From Stegostoma tigrinum (taxonomy: Eukaryota), in the NCBI RefSeq assembly GCF_030684315.1, contig NC_081360.1:29061818-29125817 (forward strand): a DNA stretch of 64,000 nucleotides, written 5' to 3'. The notes beneath the pieces are model-generated. The model had not been told where the DNA came from, made no database searches, and worked only from the letters and a program-made list of their open reading frames with translations. Shown piece after piece: positions 52,547 to 64,000 of the stretch. Position 1 is the stretch's first letter, and every line of letters starts with the position of its first letter. The position numbers were made by a program, and so were the translations under genes.

Positions 52547-54411
52547 GGTATTTTTATGGCAAGCTGAGAATCATGGTCATAGACCACAACTTCACATTGA
52601 AAGATCTGCTCTCAATCTCATTGACGTTCAAATTTGTTTTGCCTTGGGCATGAACTTGCATGTATCTGTATAGCTCTTTTTTCTGATCAAAATCCCTATA
52701 AACCTCCACTGACAATGAAACTTTTTTTTGTGTTTTACCTGTCAGTTTGCTTTGCGTGGTATATGCCCAGTGTTCCTCTGGCCAATTCATTTGTGTTGAT
52801 AATTTTCTGAAAGGTCATTAAGCAGTTCTAACATCCCTTTCCTCAAATTTTGGTAGGTCCTGTACAAACTTAAACATTTCTTTGTGTGACCTTATACTAT
52901 TACTGGGATTCTCCCCACTGGAGTCCTCATTAACACTGACATCACTTTTCAAACTACACATTTTAGCCTGTATTCAAGTTTCTTGCTATACTTTGCAATT
53001 CTAATTCTTGTTTTCTAAATTTCATTATTTTTAATTCAATCTACCCTTCCTTAACTTTTCAGCCCTTTGAAATTCCATCTCCAGCTTTTTCATTTGTTCA
53101 TAATCTTCAAAATGTTTAAACTGTAACTTATTTTAACTAATTCCATTGCTTCACTGTCCAAATCATCCTGGTCTCCCTTCATTTATAGTAAACAATAGTG
53201 CTGTGCTAGCCCTTAAATATGTCTGTAGTCTTAGTTTTAGCAGGCAATTCCACTGCCCAGCTTACTTGACAATTCGAATAATCTGGCTTTTGTAATTTAA
53301 TAATAAAATGTTGAAGCTGTCTTAGACAAATGGATGGTTAAATGAGTTGAAACATCATCTAATCCCATACTGAGCCTTAGGTTAGAAAAATCCTCAGTTT
53401 AATTTGAACTCTATGTTGCATTAAGTGAATTAAACAGAAATTGTCATGGGTACATGCCAGCTGACCTCACAGATTATTAGACTTGGGAAAATAGATATCC
53501 ACATGGACTTTTTCCTCCCGTTCCCAATCTGTTGTTCCAAAGTACATATGTGGACACTGGTCAAGTACTGGCTTAAATTTTGTATGCTCTTGAAATGATC
53601 ATATGAAGTCACATGTAAAAATATTTGATGATGTGGCAGAGGACTGTTGGTACCTGCAAAATTGTAGTTGAAATGAGTTGCTATGTTTAGCGAAAAGATA
53701 ATGGAAAAAGATAAATGGGAAAAATTAAATAACAAGCCTGTGATCTAGGGTAGGCTTTACAATGAAACCAATGTTTAGAAAGTGTATGAATGGAGTAGTT
53801 GGGATTGCTTCATCACATTTTTGTTATGGTATCTGAGAGATTGCTATTGAAATCCTGTGTAACATCTCAACATGACATTGCTTTGTTTTTCTTAATTCAT
53901 AGTTTCCCATTGTGTATTTTGTTTTTTAATTTACAAGTTGAGAAAATTATTTGGAATGGTGTTTTACGTGTTGTTTCCTACAAAACAATTGCTTTTGATA
54001 CAAGAAAAGTTTTAAAAATGCAAGATAATGATTTCAAAACCTGATTTATTAACAAACTGTTATTCAGGTTATTAAATAATAAAACAAATTGTAATAGTTT
54101 GTGTTCCATACTGCACCATGACAGTATTGTACAAGAAGGAAAGCCTCTTAAATGCTGTCCAATTCCTTGATTTTATTTTTACAATAAATATGCTCTGTTG
54201 ACAGTGTACTAAGTTGACTGATGAGATTACAAAGAATCAATGCCATGCATTGGAATAATAACAAACATTGTATTAAATCATCAAACTGTACCAGGTCGAG
54301 CAGTATCTCTGAGGAGTTATCTTTACAATTGTTCACCTGCTTTACTGGTGGGGGCTACGCTTGACCTCATTAAAATATATAAAATCCAAGGAAACATGCA
54401 ACAGATGATGA

Positions 54412-54775
54412 TGGAGGATCATCCCCAATGGACTACAGTTCACATTCAGGCCTTTCCAATTTGGTCCCAGGTGTGACAATGCCTATATTCAGAACATTGG
54501 GACCCTTCAGAAGCGTTTTTCCCTGCGACTCCTGAACAGATCCTCCCCAATGGACTGTGGTCCACATTCAGATCTTCCCAGTTTGGCCCCAACAGTGACA
54601 ATGTCTACATTTAGAACATTGAGATCCTTCAGAAACTTTTCTTTCTGCGGCTCCTGAAACACACACTTGTAGTAATGCGCTGGCATCTCAAAGGGTCTAG
54701 GCCTGAAACATCAGCCTTCCTGTTCCTCTGATGCTGCATGGCCTGCTGTGTTCATCCAGCTCTACACCTTGTTAT
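54412..54775 (+). mobile_element. Internally deleted PLE with tandem 122-bp duplication and 12-bp TSD
   Basis: Repeat units start at 54417 and 54539; PLE terminus from ~54690; AACAGATGATGA at 54400-54411 and 54776-54787. Confidence 0.75.
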
Positions 54776-55016
54776 AACAGATGATGAATGCAGTTTTTGG
54801 CAAGACATTAACACTATAATTCCTCTAAATTCACTATAATTACAGAAACTCCAGAATCAATATTTTATGCAGGTCTGACACATCTTTCTTGTGTTTGTAC
54901 TCTTTGCCCGTGTTGATAAAGCCCAAGAAAATATATGTTTCATTAACTGTTCTCTTAATGCCTCCTGCTACTTTCTGTAATTAATGAACATATACACCCA
55001 GGACCCTCTACTCCCC

Positions 55017-55108
55017 TCTGATGAAGGGTCTAGGCCTGAAATGTCAGGTTTTGTGCTCCTGAGATGCTGCTTGGCCTGCTGTGTTCATCCAGCTTCACAC
55101 TTTGTTAT
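55017..55108 (+). mobile_element. 92-bp PLE mini-insertion starting at the hammerhead core, 13-bp TSD
   Basis: CTGATGAAGGGTCTAGGCCTGAAATGTC at 55018-55045; CCCTCTACTCCCC at 55004-55016 and 55109-55121; inserted into a - strand CR1 remnant (~54810-55270). Confidence 0.85.
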
Positions 55109-55451
55109 CCCTCTACTCCCCAACCCTGTTTTGAGATGTACCCTTCATTTATACTGTCTTGCTGTATTATTTTTACCAAAATGAATCACCTCACACTTCT
55201 CTGCATTAAATTTCATCTGCCACTTGTCTTCTGATTCCACCAACCTCCCATGTCCTTTTGAAGTTCTCCACTTTTTAAAAAGAATTTGCTCATGGGATGT
55301 GGATTTTGCTGCCTGCCCTTGAGAAAATTTTGGTGAGCTACCTTCTTAAACTCTTGTAGTTTATTTGGTATAGATAGAACCACAATGCTATTTGGGATGA
55401 AGTTCCAAGGTTTTGATCCAGTGACACTGAAGGAAGTCAGATTTCCAAGTC

Positions 55452-55580
55452 ATCTGATGAAGGGTCTAGGCCCGAAACATTAACTTCTGCGGTCCTAAGA
55501 TGCTGCTTGGCCTGCTACGTTCATCCACCTCTACACTTTGTTATCTCGGATTCTCTAGCATCTGCAGTTCCCATATTGTC
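55452..55580 (+). mobile_element. PLE terminal fragment starting at the hammerhead core
   Basis: CTGATGAAGGGTCTAGGCCCGAAACATT at 55454-55481 plus terminal sequence to cagttcccat; nested in a second-family LINE tail (~55285-55650, -). Confidence 0.8.
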
Positions 55581-56688
55581 TGTACCCATGCATTTGTTGC
55601 CTTTGTCCTTCTCGATAGTATTGGTCTTGGGTCGGAAAGTGCTGTCTGTGTAGAACTGATCTCATTGCTCCAAGAATCTAAAGCTGTCCCTTCAGCAGCA
55701 TCTCTTTCAACTATGCATTCATTTGTTCCATCCTCCTGTTTCCATATTTGTACATTGTATTGGAAGCGAAACAGTATACTTTTGAAGTGCTGTTTGCTAA
55801 TTTCTTACCTAGATCCCAAAGTTCGACTGCAGGACTATATCCCTCTTTCTACCTATCATTGGTACCAAGGTGGACCTTGACCACTGGCTGTCCCTCTCTT
55901 GTCAGGGTGCTTGGCATATATTTGGTGACAACATTAACATCCCATCTGAATTCATGGCTGCAGCTACAGAAGTATGCTGTCTTCCTACAGCTAATGAATA
56001 TCATATCACTATTACTCACAATCTCCTTAATGCCCCACTGTACAGCTGAGCCAGCCAGCCATGGAGCAATGAATTTGGCTGTGGCTGCTTACCAGAAGAA
56101 CCATTGCTTTTGTCAGTATTCACTAGTTGGACAGAGATGCATACGAGAGGTGGCTGAATAGCGATGGTCCATTCCCTGTCTACCTCTTTTAATCTGCAGA
56201 GTGGCCACATTTATAAATGTGCTATCTACAAAGCTCTCAAACTCACAACAATGCTTCAAAACCCAGAGTTTGAGCTGCTACAATACATTTTAAGATGATA
56301 CTTTCTATATATTATCCAAGATGCAGGAAATGTTTGTGGGTTCCCAGGTGGAACGGGATGTGCATTACAAGGGTTGGAGTTGCCCTGCCATTCTATCAGA
56401 TAATAAAACTTGCTGTTTAATAAAAGATTCAGCAGCTATTCTCTTTATCAGTTCAGGATAGAGAGGTTAATTGTGTTGCTTTCATTAAACCTTTTTACCA
56501 ACAAATTTGAAATTTTTAATTTCTCAGCTCCATAGATTAAGTTCCTAACTTTGCAGAAAGTGAAAGAAAGCCACAGTATTCACCAACCAATCAACTCATT
56601 GCCTTCCTGTCTTATCACAGTTTTTTTCCCCCCTCTCTTCTTTTACTTCAATAATCATTACCTGGTTCATATTCCACTAAGCGTGGTT

Positions 56689-56853
56689 CACAGTGATCCC
56701 AACCTGCTTCACATTTTACTGGTCTGCTTAGCAGTGATCCCAATCTGCTTTGCTCTCCCCCTGGCCCGCTTCATACTTACGCTGGTCTGCTTTGCAGTGA
56801 TTCTGATCTGCTTCATTGCGATTCTGCTCTGCCTCACAGTGATCCTTACCTGC
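56689..56853. repeat. Degenerate 21-bp minisatellite
   Basis: Units resembling cagtgatcccaatctgcttca / cagtgattctgatctgcttca; gives a 7-aa period in ORF 56551..56889. Confidence 0.7.
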
Positions 56854-58729
56854 AGCACATTCTTCTTGGTTATGAGTATCTTTTTTTAGATCCTGCCTGA
56901 GTTGCTATTTCCAGCATTTTGTGATTTTTGTGGAACTTTAGTTCAGCACTAGAATGATGTAACACAGAAGAAAGTCATTTGGCTCATTGAGTCTGTGCCA
57001 GTTCTTTGAAAGATCAATCCAAATGAGCTTATAACCATAGACTTGGAAAGAAAATTCCTCTTCAAGTATTTGTACAATTCTTTTTGGAAGTTATTATTAA
57101 ATCTGCCTTCACTACCTTTTCAGATAGATACCCTTTCATGCTAGCTAAATCTGTGTCCTTTGACAACTACCCTTCTAAGATTGGAAACAAGTTATCTTTA
57201 CTTTTATCAAAAACCATTCCTGATTTTGAATGCCCCTATCAAGTCTGAACTGCCCTGCACCTTCTCTGCTCCATGGAATTTCTCTACTGTTGCTGTGTAA
57301 CTGTATTTAATTTTCAATACATTTTAAGAATGAATATTAACTGGCCACATTTGGAATAACATGTGAGCCTCAATCTCACATCTATTTGATCATATTTCAA
57401 TTGCTGTATCGCACTTTCATCCCTGGTGCCAATATAATGAATAAACTGCCTCCTTGCTCAGAACTTGACTATAACTGGTCACAGCACTCCCACTGGACTT
57501 TAACCAATATATATGTTAAGTTTTAACTAACTTCCCTTTTTTTCACTTATTGCCACTGTATACTGATTCTGGACATTGGAATCATCTTGCTTCCTTAGTT
57601 TCTTCAAAGATGTCTCAGTTCATATCTTGAAGTTATCTGTCATTTTTTTTATTTTTCTTCTGTTTTTACCTTCAATTTTATTGTTGTCAGGGCAACTCAT
57701 TATAAAGCCAAGGATCTTGTATGGCATCCTTTTTTACTTAGCCTGTTACCTTCAAAGACTTGTATATGCACATTGCTAGGTCACTGTGTTCCTGTACTCT
57801 TTAACATTGTAACATTTAATTTACATTGCCACTCAATCACCCTAACAATACTTAAACTGTGTTAAATTGCATCTGTCAAAGGTCTGTCCTCTCTGTCTAT
57901 GTCTCCATAAAGTCTGTTATTATCTTCTGCGCTATTTACTGCATTTCCAAGTTTCAGGTCATCAGGAAGCTTTGAAATTATGCTATGTGTGGCCAGGTTC
58001 CAATCATTAATATAAACACTTTGTAAAAAAGAGCAGCAGTCCCAACACTAATCCCTACAATACAAGCGCACTCTTGGCTTGGGTCTGAAAGACAATCATT
58101 TATAGTCCTCTCTTTTATTGTCCTGTAGCCTATTTCCTATTCAAATATTACTTCCCCCATAGCCCTGTGAGCTTCAATTTTCTTAAAAGATCAATTAAGT
58201 TACTTTAGCAAATGGTATCATGTATATGAACCATACTACATTCGTTAGTGTGCAGTTTGCAAATGACTGAAAGTAATGTTGATTTGGTAACATAGGTGAG
58301 ACTAATGTAAATAGATTTCTGTTTGTTAGACACTGGTACAGAATCCAGTCTTGTTTAAAATCCATCAGTGTACTAGCATTCATGAAGATTGTAGTTTCTG
58401 GTGTGTTTAGTTTGTGCCTACTTACATGTTTAATCTTCACATTTTGGACATGAGTATTCATAATATTCCATACAAAATAAGTAACTATGAATTAGTTTGT
58501 CAAGATGTTAATTTAGATGTTTCTAACATTTTAATGTTGTTTGCCCATCTTGCAAATAGGATTACGTATATGAATGAAAGTAGGACAAAATTGAATGAAT
58601 TACTAGTAAGGTCTTGATTTGCATCTTTCACAGTGATTGTTAATAGATTAAATAAGTATAATGAAACTGAAATCTGAGGACATATAAATAATAAAAATGA
58701 ACCTACACAATAAGAAATGAATGAAATAA

Positions 58730-60400
58730 AAACAATAAAATGCTTAAAAATACTCAGCAATTCAGGTAGTATCTGTAGAGAGAGAAAACAATGTAGTAAC
58801 ATTTCAGATTGATCATCTTACATTAGAACTGGGAATAGTTTGAAATGTAAGGTATTAAACATTTGAAAAGTGGAAGGATGGAAAAAAACAAAAGGGGCAA
58901 TCTATGATAGTGCAAAAGACAAGATAGATTACTCTGCAAGGGATAGGATAGATTACACTACAAAAGATTTGGCGGCGGAAGGCCAAAGGGTATGACAATG
59001 GGACAAGAGACAAAATATGTGTCTAGAGGAAGTGTTAGTGACAAAATGATGAACAACTACCATTGGAAAGCATGGGAAAATGGAGTCTAAAACTGAAATT
59101 GATGAAGCAAAATGGTAGAAAATTGCTTCGCAGACAAGAAACAAAGAGTATGAAGGAACAGGTCTTTTTCATAATAGGTACAGTGACAAGTTTGTACCAC
59201 AGGGATCAGTGCTAGAACCCCAGATATTCACAGTATATACTGATGATTTAGGAAACTAAATGTAATATCTCCAGATTTACAGTTGACACAAAGCTGGGTG
59301 GGAAGATAGGCCATAAGGAGGATACAGAGATGTGATTTGGGCAAGTAGGCAAATGAGTAGATAAATGCATAGTAGATGCAGTATAATGTGCATAAATGTG
59401 AGGTTTTCCACATTAGGAGCAAAAACAGGAAGGCAGATTACTATCTGAATGGCTACAAATAGAGAGAGGGGAATGTGCAACGAGACTTGTGTGTCCTTGT
59501 ACACCAGTCCAGCAGCAGGTGGTAAAGGCAAATGTACGTTTGCCTTCATTGTGAGAGGTTATGAGTACAAGAGCCCGGGATGGCTTGCTGCAGTTATATA
59601 GAGCTTTAGTGAGACCATACCTGGAATATTGAATGTAGTTTTGATCTCCTTATCTGATGGAGGATGTTCTTGCTTTTGAGGGAGTGCCGTAAAAGTTTAA
59701 CAGACTGATTCCTGGTATAGCAGGACAGATGTATGAGGAAAGGTTGAACTGTTTAGAATTATATTCACTGGAGTTCAGAAGAATGAGGATGGATGTCATA
59801 GAAACCTATGAAGTTCTAACAGGACTAGACAGGGCAGATGCAGGAAGGATGGTCTTGTTGATGGGAGACCATGGGTCAGGGTCTAAGGATACGAGATAAA
59901 CCATTTAGCAGTGAGAAGAGGAGAAATTTCTTCACCCAGAGAGTGGTGAGCCTGTGGAATTTGCTACTACAGAAAGCAGTCAAGACCAAATCATTGTATG
60001 ATTTCAACAGAGTTGGATATAGCACTTGGAACTAAAGGGATCAAAGGATATGGGGATAAAGCAGAAACAGACCTGAAGAGGCAAATATCTGACTTCTGCT
60101 CCTATTTTCTATGTTTTTAAAAGGAAACTGAAGGGGATAAAGATTATAATTTAAAATTGTTCAACTCAATTTGTGTTTAGAAGGCTGTAGAGTGCCTAAT
60201 TTAGAGTTGAAGTGCAGTTCTTTATGTTTAAGCTGAGATTCATTGAAACACAGTTGAGATGCTGAGGACAAAGATCAGTATGAGACCACAGTGGAAAATT
60301 AAAATGACTTGTGACTAGACCTTCAGAATCATACTTATAAATTGAATGGAAGTGTTCTACAAAGTTGTGACTTAAATCTGTGCTTTGTCTCACCACTGTA
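58730..60400 (-). mobile_element. Old PLE 3' remnant interrupted by a CR1 (59155-60115)
   Basis: Terminal motif tactcagc..caggtagtatctgtagagagagaaaac at ~58750; FVEHFHSI...VTSHFNFP..SHTDL at 60196-60396 resembles the GIY-YIG C-terminal region at 20632. Confidence 0.6.
59155..60115 (+). mobile_element. CR1 LINE 3' fragment
   Basis: gtaccacagggatcagtgctag (VPQGSVL); tail tctgacttctgctcctattttctatg. Confidence 0.85.
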
Positions 60401-61119
60401 GAAACGAATGATGGTGTTATTGCAGTTCCAACATTGCTCCATAATTAAAGTTTTCTTATCACATTTTACCTTTTGCATAGCATTTTTCGTTGAAACCTGT
60501 ATACAGATGTAAAAGAGAAAATATTAGGAATGTTGGAGAGCATTGAAGCTCAATGACTGACTGTTTAGAACTTTGAGGAAGAATTATCCTCATAGCATAC
60601 AAACTTTTTGTCAAAGGCCCTGTTTTGAGTATATATAATTAGGAGTTGGTTCTGAGCAGGTCTGGTACACAGCGTTTACTAACAAGATGCCTTCCTGCAT
60701 GACTTTAATTGGATGAGTTAAGGTATCACTGGCTGGTTACAGACAGAAATCAGAAGTGTAATTTCCCCCATTTAAAATAACTAATAAAGGCCTAAACAAA
60801 CTAGAAGAAGCTTAGAATGAATTAAATGAATATTGTGTTGTTTGTACCATAAATTGATTATAAAGAGGAAATCTTGTATTTTTGCTATTTGTGAAAGAAT
60901 TTTTAACTGTAAGACAAATATAATTTACTTGTGAAACAAACAGGCTTGCTGTAACAATGACTGGAAGGCATATCCTGGACATTCACTACTGATATCTAGG
61001 ATTTGATACCTATCATGATGTTACTAAAGGCATGATTAAACACTTGGGCTCTCAATTGTTTGGAAATATTTTTCAATAAGGGATGATCTATATATGACAT
61101 AGTCACAAAGAAAGAAAGT

Positions 61120-61445
61120 GTTTTATGGCCAATAAAGTACTTTCTGAAGTGTATTCAATGTTGTAATGTAGGAAATGGAGAAGGAAATGTCTCTGAATAA
61201 CAATGTTATAATGACCAGATAGCCACTTATTTGTATTGTTGACTGAGGGATTATTCTTGGCCAGAATGCTGGGGCAAGTCCCATTCTCTCTTTTTGAAAT
61301 GGTACCATGGGATCTTTTACAGGGACATGAGCTGGAGCCTTGGTTTTATATCTCACATGAAAGAAGGCACCAGATCATGGCTGCTGTCTCAATGAGGCAT
61401 CAGGGAGTCCAACTACTGTCCTTAATAAGATGACAAGCACAGAGG
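61120..61445 (-). mobile_element. Deu-domain SINE copy
   Basis: Reverse complement matches the 1022-1462 family (aaagatcccatgg...ttcaaaaagag...ccctcagtcaac); a more degraded copy lies at ~33215-33390. Confidence 0.65.
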
Positions 61446-61569
61446 TGATCAATTGAAAGAATCCACCTTATGTAATTTTGCACTGATGTCAGACCCCTAG
61501 TAAGTGCTGACTCCAAAGCCCACAGGAAATTCCAGCCCCCTGTTTCCGGATCCTTCACCTATGTACTTA

Positions 61570-62690
61570 CGTAAGAATGTTAGACATTAGTGTATGAGTA
61601 GAGACTACTCACAGATCAAGTAAGTTCAGCTGTTCAGAACAATCATGGTTGATCTTTGGCTTCAAATCCATTTTCCCATCCACTCCCCATATCTGTTGAT
61701 TCCTTGAGAGACCAAAAATCTATCAATCTCAGCCTTAAATGTGTTTAATGATGAAGCATCCAAAACCCTCTGGGGTAAAGAATTCAAAATATTAATAACC
61801 CTTTGTGTGAAAAAAGTTAACCTCATATCACTCCAAGATGATTATCCACCTATTTTAAGACTTTACTCTCATGTCATAGATTCTTCAACCAGGATAAATA
61901 AACTATGTCTAGAATCAGGCCTTTTCAGAATCTTGAATATTTCAGTGATATCACCTCATTCTTCTAAACTCTAGAGAATATATCCCCAGTTTAATGAGCC
62001 TCTTATCGTTGGTCCTTGGGTTGAACAGATTAACTTATCTGATGAACATTTCCTGTACACCTTCAATGCAAGTTTATACTTCCTTAAAGATGATGACCAA
62101 AACTGTGCCAGGTACAGTCTCACCAAAGCCCTGTACAATTGTAGCAAAACTTCTTTATCCTTGAATTCTAACTCCCTTGCAATAAAAGTGGACATGCCAC
62201 TTGCCTTTCCACTTGCTTGCTGTACTAGCATGACAAATCTTGCGTTCCTTCTAGTAACGTATCCAAGTCCATCTAAATATCAATGTTTAAAACTTCATAT
62301 TTTTTAAAAAGTAATCAACATTTCTATTCTTGTAAACCAAAATGAATAACTTTACACTTGTCCACATTATGACTTTGTCTGTCATTTTGATGTCCACTAA
62401 TTTCACTTGTCTACACCTATTTGTAGCCTTTATGTCCTCATCACAGTTTTTATTCCTACCTAGCTTCTTGACACCAGCAAACTTAGTTACTTTATTTTCT
62501 TCAACCAAGTCATTAATATCACTTGTAAGTATGAAACGCCCCAGCAGTGATTCTTATGGCTCTGCAGTTATAGCTTGCCAATTCGAAAATACCTCTTTTA
62601 TCTCTAAACTTTGCTTCCTGTCCATTAACACATCCTTTATCCATGTTAATGTATTACCCCAACTCCATATGCAATTTTACAATCCATAGG
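61570..62690 (-). mobile_element. CR1 LINE 3' fragment
   Basis: KEVLLQLYRALVR; KVTKFAGVKKLG; tail reverse complement near 61575-61680. Confidence 0.8.
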
Positions 62691-63699
62691 CATACTTCTG
62701 AATTTAGATGATTTTGGAAGATTATGATACCTGCACCTTTAATTTTCTTAAATGTTTCAATATTCTAGAGTAAAAAAGATCAGATTTTTATCACATTATT
62801 AAGATCTTTCTCTTTTGTCCTTTTTTTACTGATATTAAATCAACAAAGGTCCTCACCCATGAATCCATTGCAGTGCTGACATTTTGTCATCTGTGATGTG
62901 AAAGTAGATATGAAGCACTTTATCAAATGTATGCCATTTCTCCTAAGCATGGGTTGGAGCATTTATGCACAGTTCTCAGTTGGCTAATCAACTTACTGAA
63001 ACAAAATTAGGCCTCAACATGAACTCATCCCTTGCTATTTGCTATGTTTGTAACTTTGTCAGCCTAACAACACTCTGAAAATAATTTGTTCCTCCAACCC
63101 TGTTTCTTTGTTCATTCCTTACTTCCATGGTCATGTCTCTAACCACATAGGTCCTATACTCTGGACTCCCTTTCTAAATAGTTTTGACTTTTCTCCTGTT
63201 TTCTTTTAAGACCAACATTGAAATCAATGGTCAAGCTCTTACTCTTTTTAATCAATTAGTTTAGTGATGTTATGACATGTCTCAAGAGCAGGTTGGACTT
63301 GAATCGAGTTCTCTTGGCACAGTCGTAGAGACACTAGCATTGTCCCACAAAGGCTAAAATATTCTGTTTATAAGTGTTACTACACACCTAAACCAGATCT
63401 CTTGACTAACAGGTAGGGAGAATTCAAGTTCTCACTCAAACCCTTGGCATTTTTGCTATGTTAAAGCTCTAATATAAATGCAATTTGCTGGGGGCTCGGG
63501 TGATGCGGTGGTACTGCCTTGACTGCTCTTGGTGATAAAGTGAGCTAGGATGGTCTCGGTTCAATTCCTACTTCTAAAGGAAAGGTTGTGTCTGCGATAT
63601 GTTTTATGGGGAGAAGTAAAATCCAGGCCGAAGACACAATTTGGTTTGATCTGAATTATTTTAAGGAACGCACTCTACCCTACTGAGTGAAGTTGTCCA

Positions 63700-64000
63700 G
63701 GAAATGGGAATGAAGTCCGTGTGCTACTGTCAGTAACAGACAGGTGGCGCAGTGTGTAGCTCGGCGGAGAGTGGTAACCGGCGGCGGCGGTAATATCCGA
63801 AGGAGCGGGACTGGGCCTTGAGCCGATCCGGAGACAATGGCGTTCGTCACCGCCAACTGGAACCCCTTCGGGAAGGTGTTTTACAGGTTAGTGTCAGCGG
63901 GAGCGGAGGTTCTGCCCAGCGACTGAGGATAAATCCCCGCACTGGTAATCTTACCCAAGCCGGCCCGGGCCTTGTCACGACATGCCCGCCCCGCCCCCCA
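63700..64000 (+). promoter_or_regulatory. CpG island / promoter-first exon region of VPS16
   Basis: High GC and CpG, GGC repeats (63780-63790), GC-box-like CCCGCCCC near 63985. Confidence 0.65.
63837..63886 (+). CDS. VPS16: VPS16 (HOPS/CORVET subunit) first coding exon; gene continues beyond the window
   Basis: acaATGg; MAFVTANWNPFGKVFY(R)|gttagt matches the conserved VPS16 N-terminus (TANWNPxG..FYR); lies in a CpG island. Confidence 0.88.

Noticed and set aside
54417-56853. CRISPR-like or other prokaryotic repeat system
   Set aside because: Repeats are degenerate tandem units or retroelement ends with no identical repeat-unique spacer pattern; the context is spliced vertebrate genes.
56551-56889. 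Hydrophobic 112-aa membrane-protein-like ORF
   Set aside because: The periodicity comes from a 21-bp minisatellite; TTG start and no exon context.
63488-63575. tRNA gene upstream of VPS16 (ggttcaattcc B-box)
   Set aside because: No convincing cloverleaf or acceptor stem; more likely a decayed SINE head.

Overview
Eukaryotic, repeat-rich vertebrate DNA. The CR1/HER1-type LINEs, Deu-domain SINEs and abundant Penelope-like elements suggest a cartilaginous fish, probably a shark (inference). Three spliced genes lie on the + strand. (1) DNAJB11/ERdj3 coding exons 3-10 (1755-29558; exons 1-2 are upstream of the window), whose last intron has a GC donor. (2) A complete 7-exon, 298-aa PSTAIRE kinase of the CDK2/CDK3 subfamily (34499-52081) with a CpG/E2F/CCAAT promoter. 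(3) The first coding exon of VPS16 (63837-63886). Most short ORFs in the supplied track are decayed retroelement fragments or noise. The most interesting non-gene signal is a set of Penelope-like element (PLE) derivatives carrying minimal hammerhead-ribozyme cores (CTGAnGA-a-stemII-GAAA). Many are small fold-back insertions with 9-15 bp target-site duplications whose breakpoints sit at the ribozyme core. One ~3.15 kb PLE copy is circularly permuted at almost exactly unit length. Exon coordinates were read base by base; repeat boundaries are approximate unless a TSD is given.
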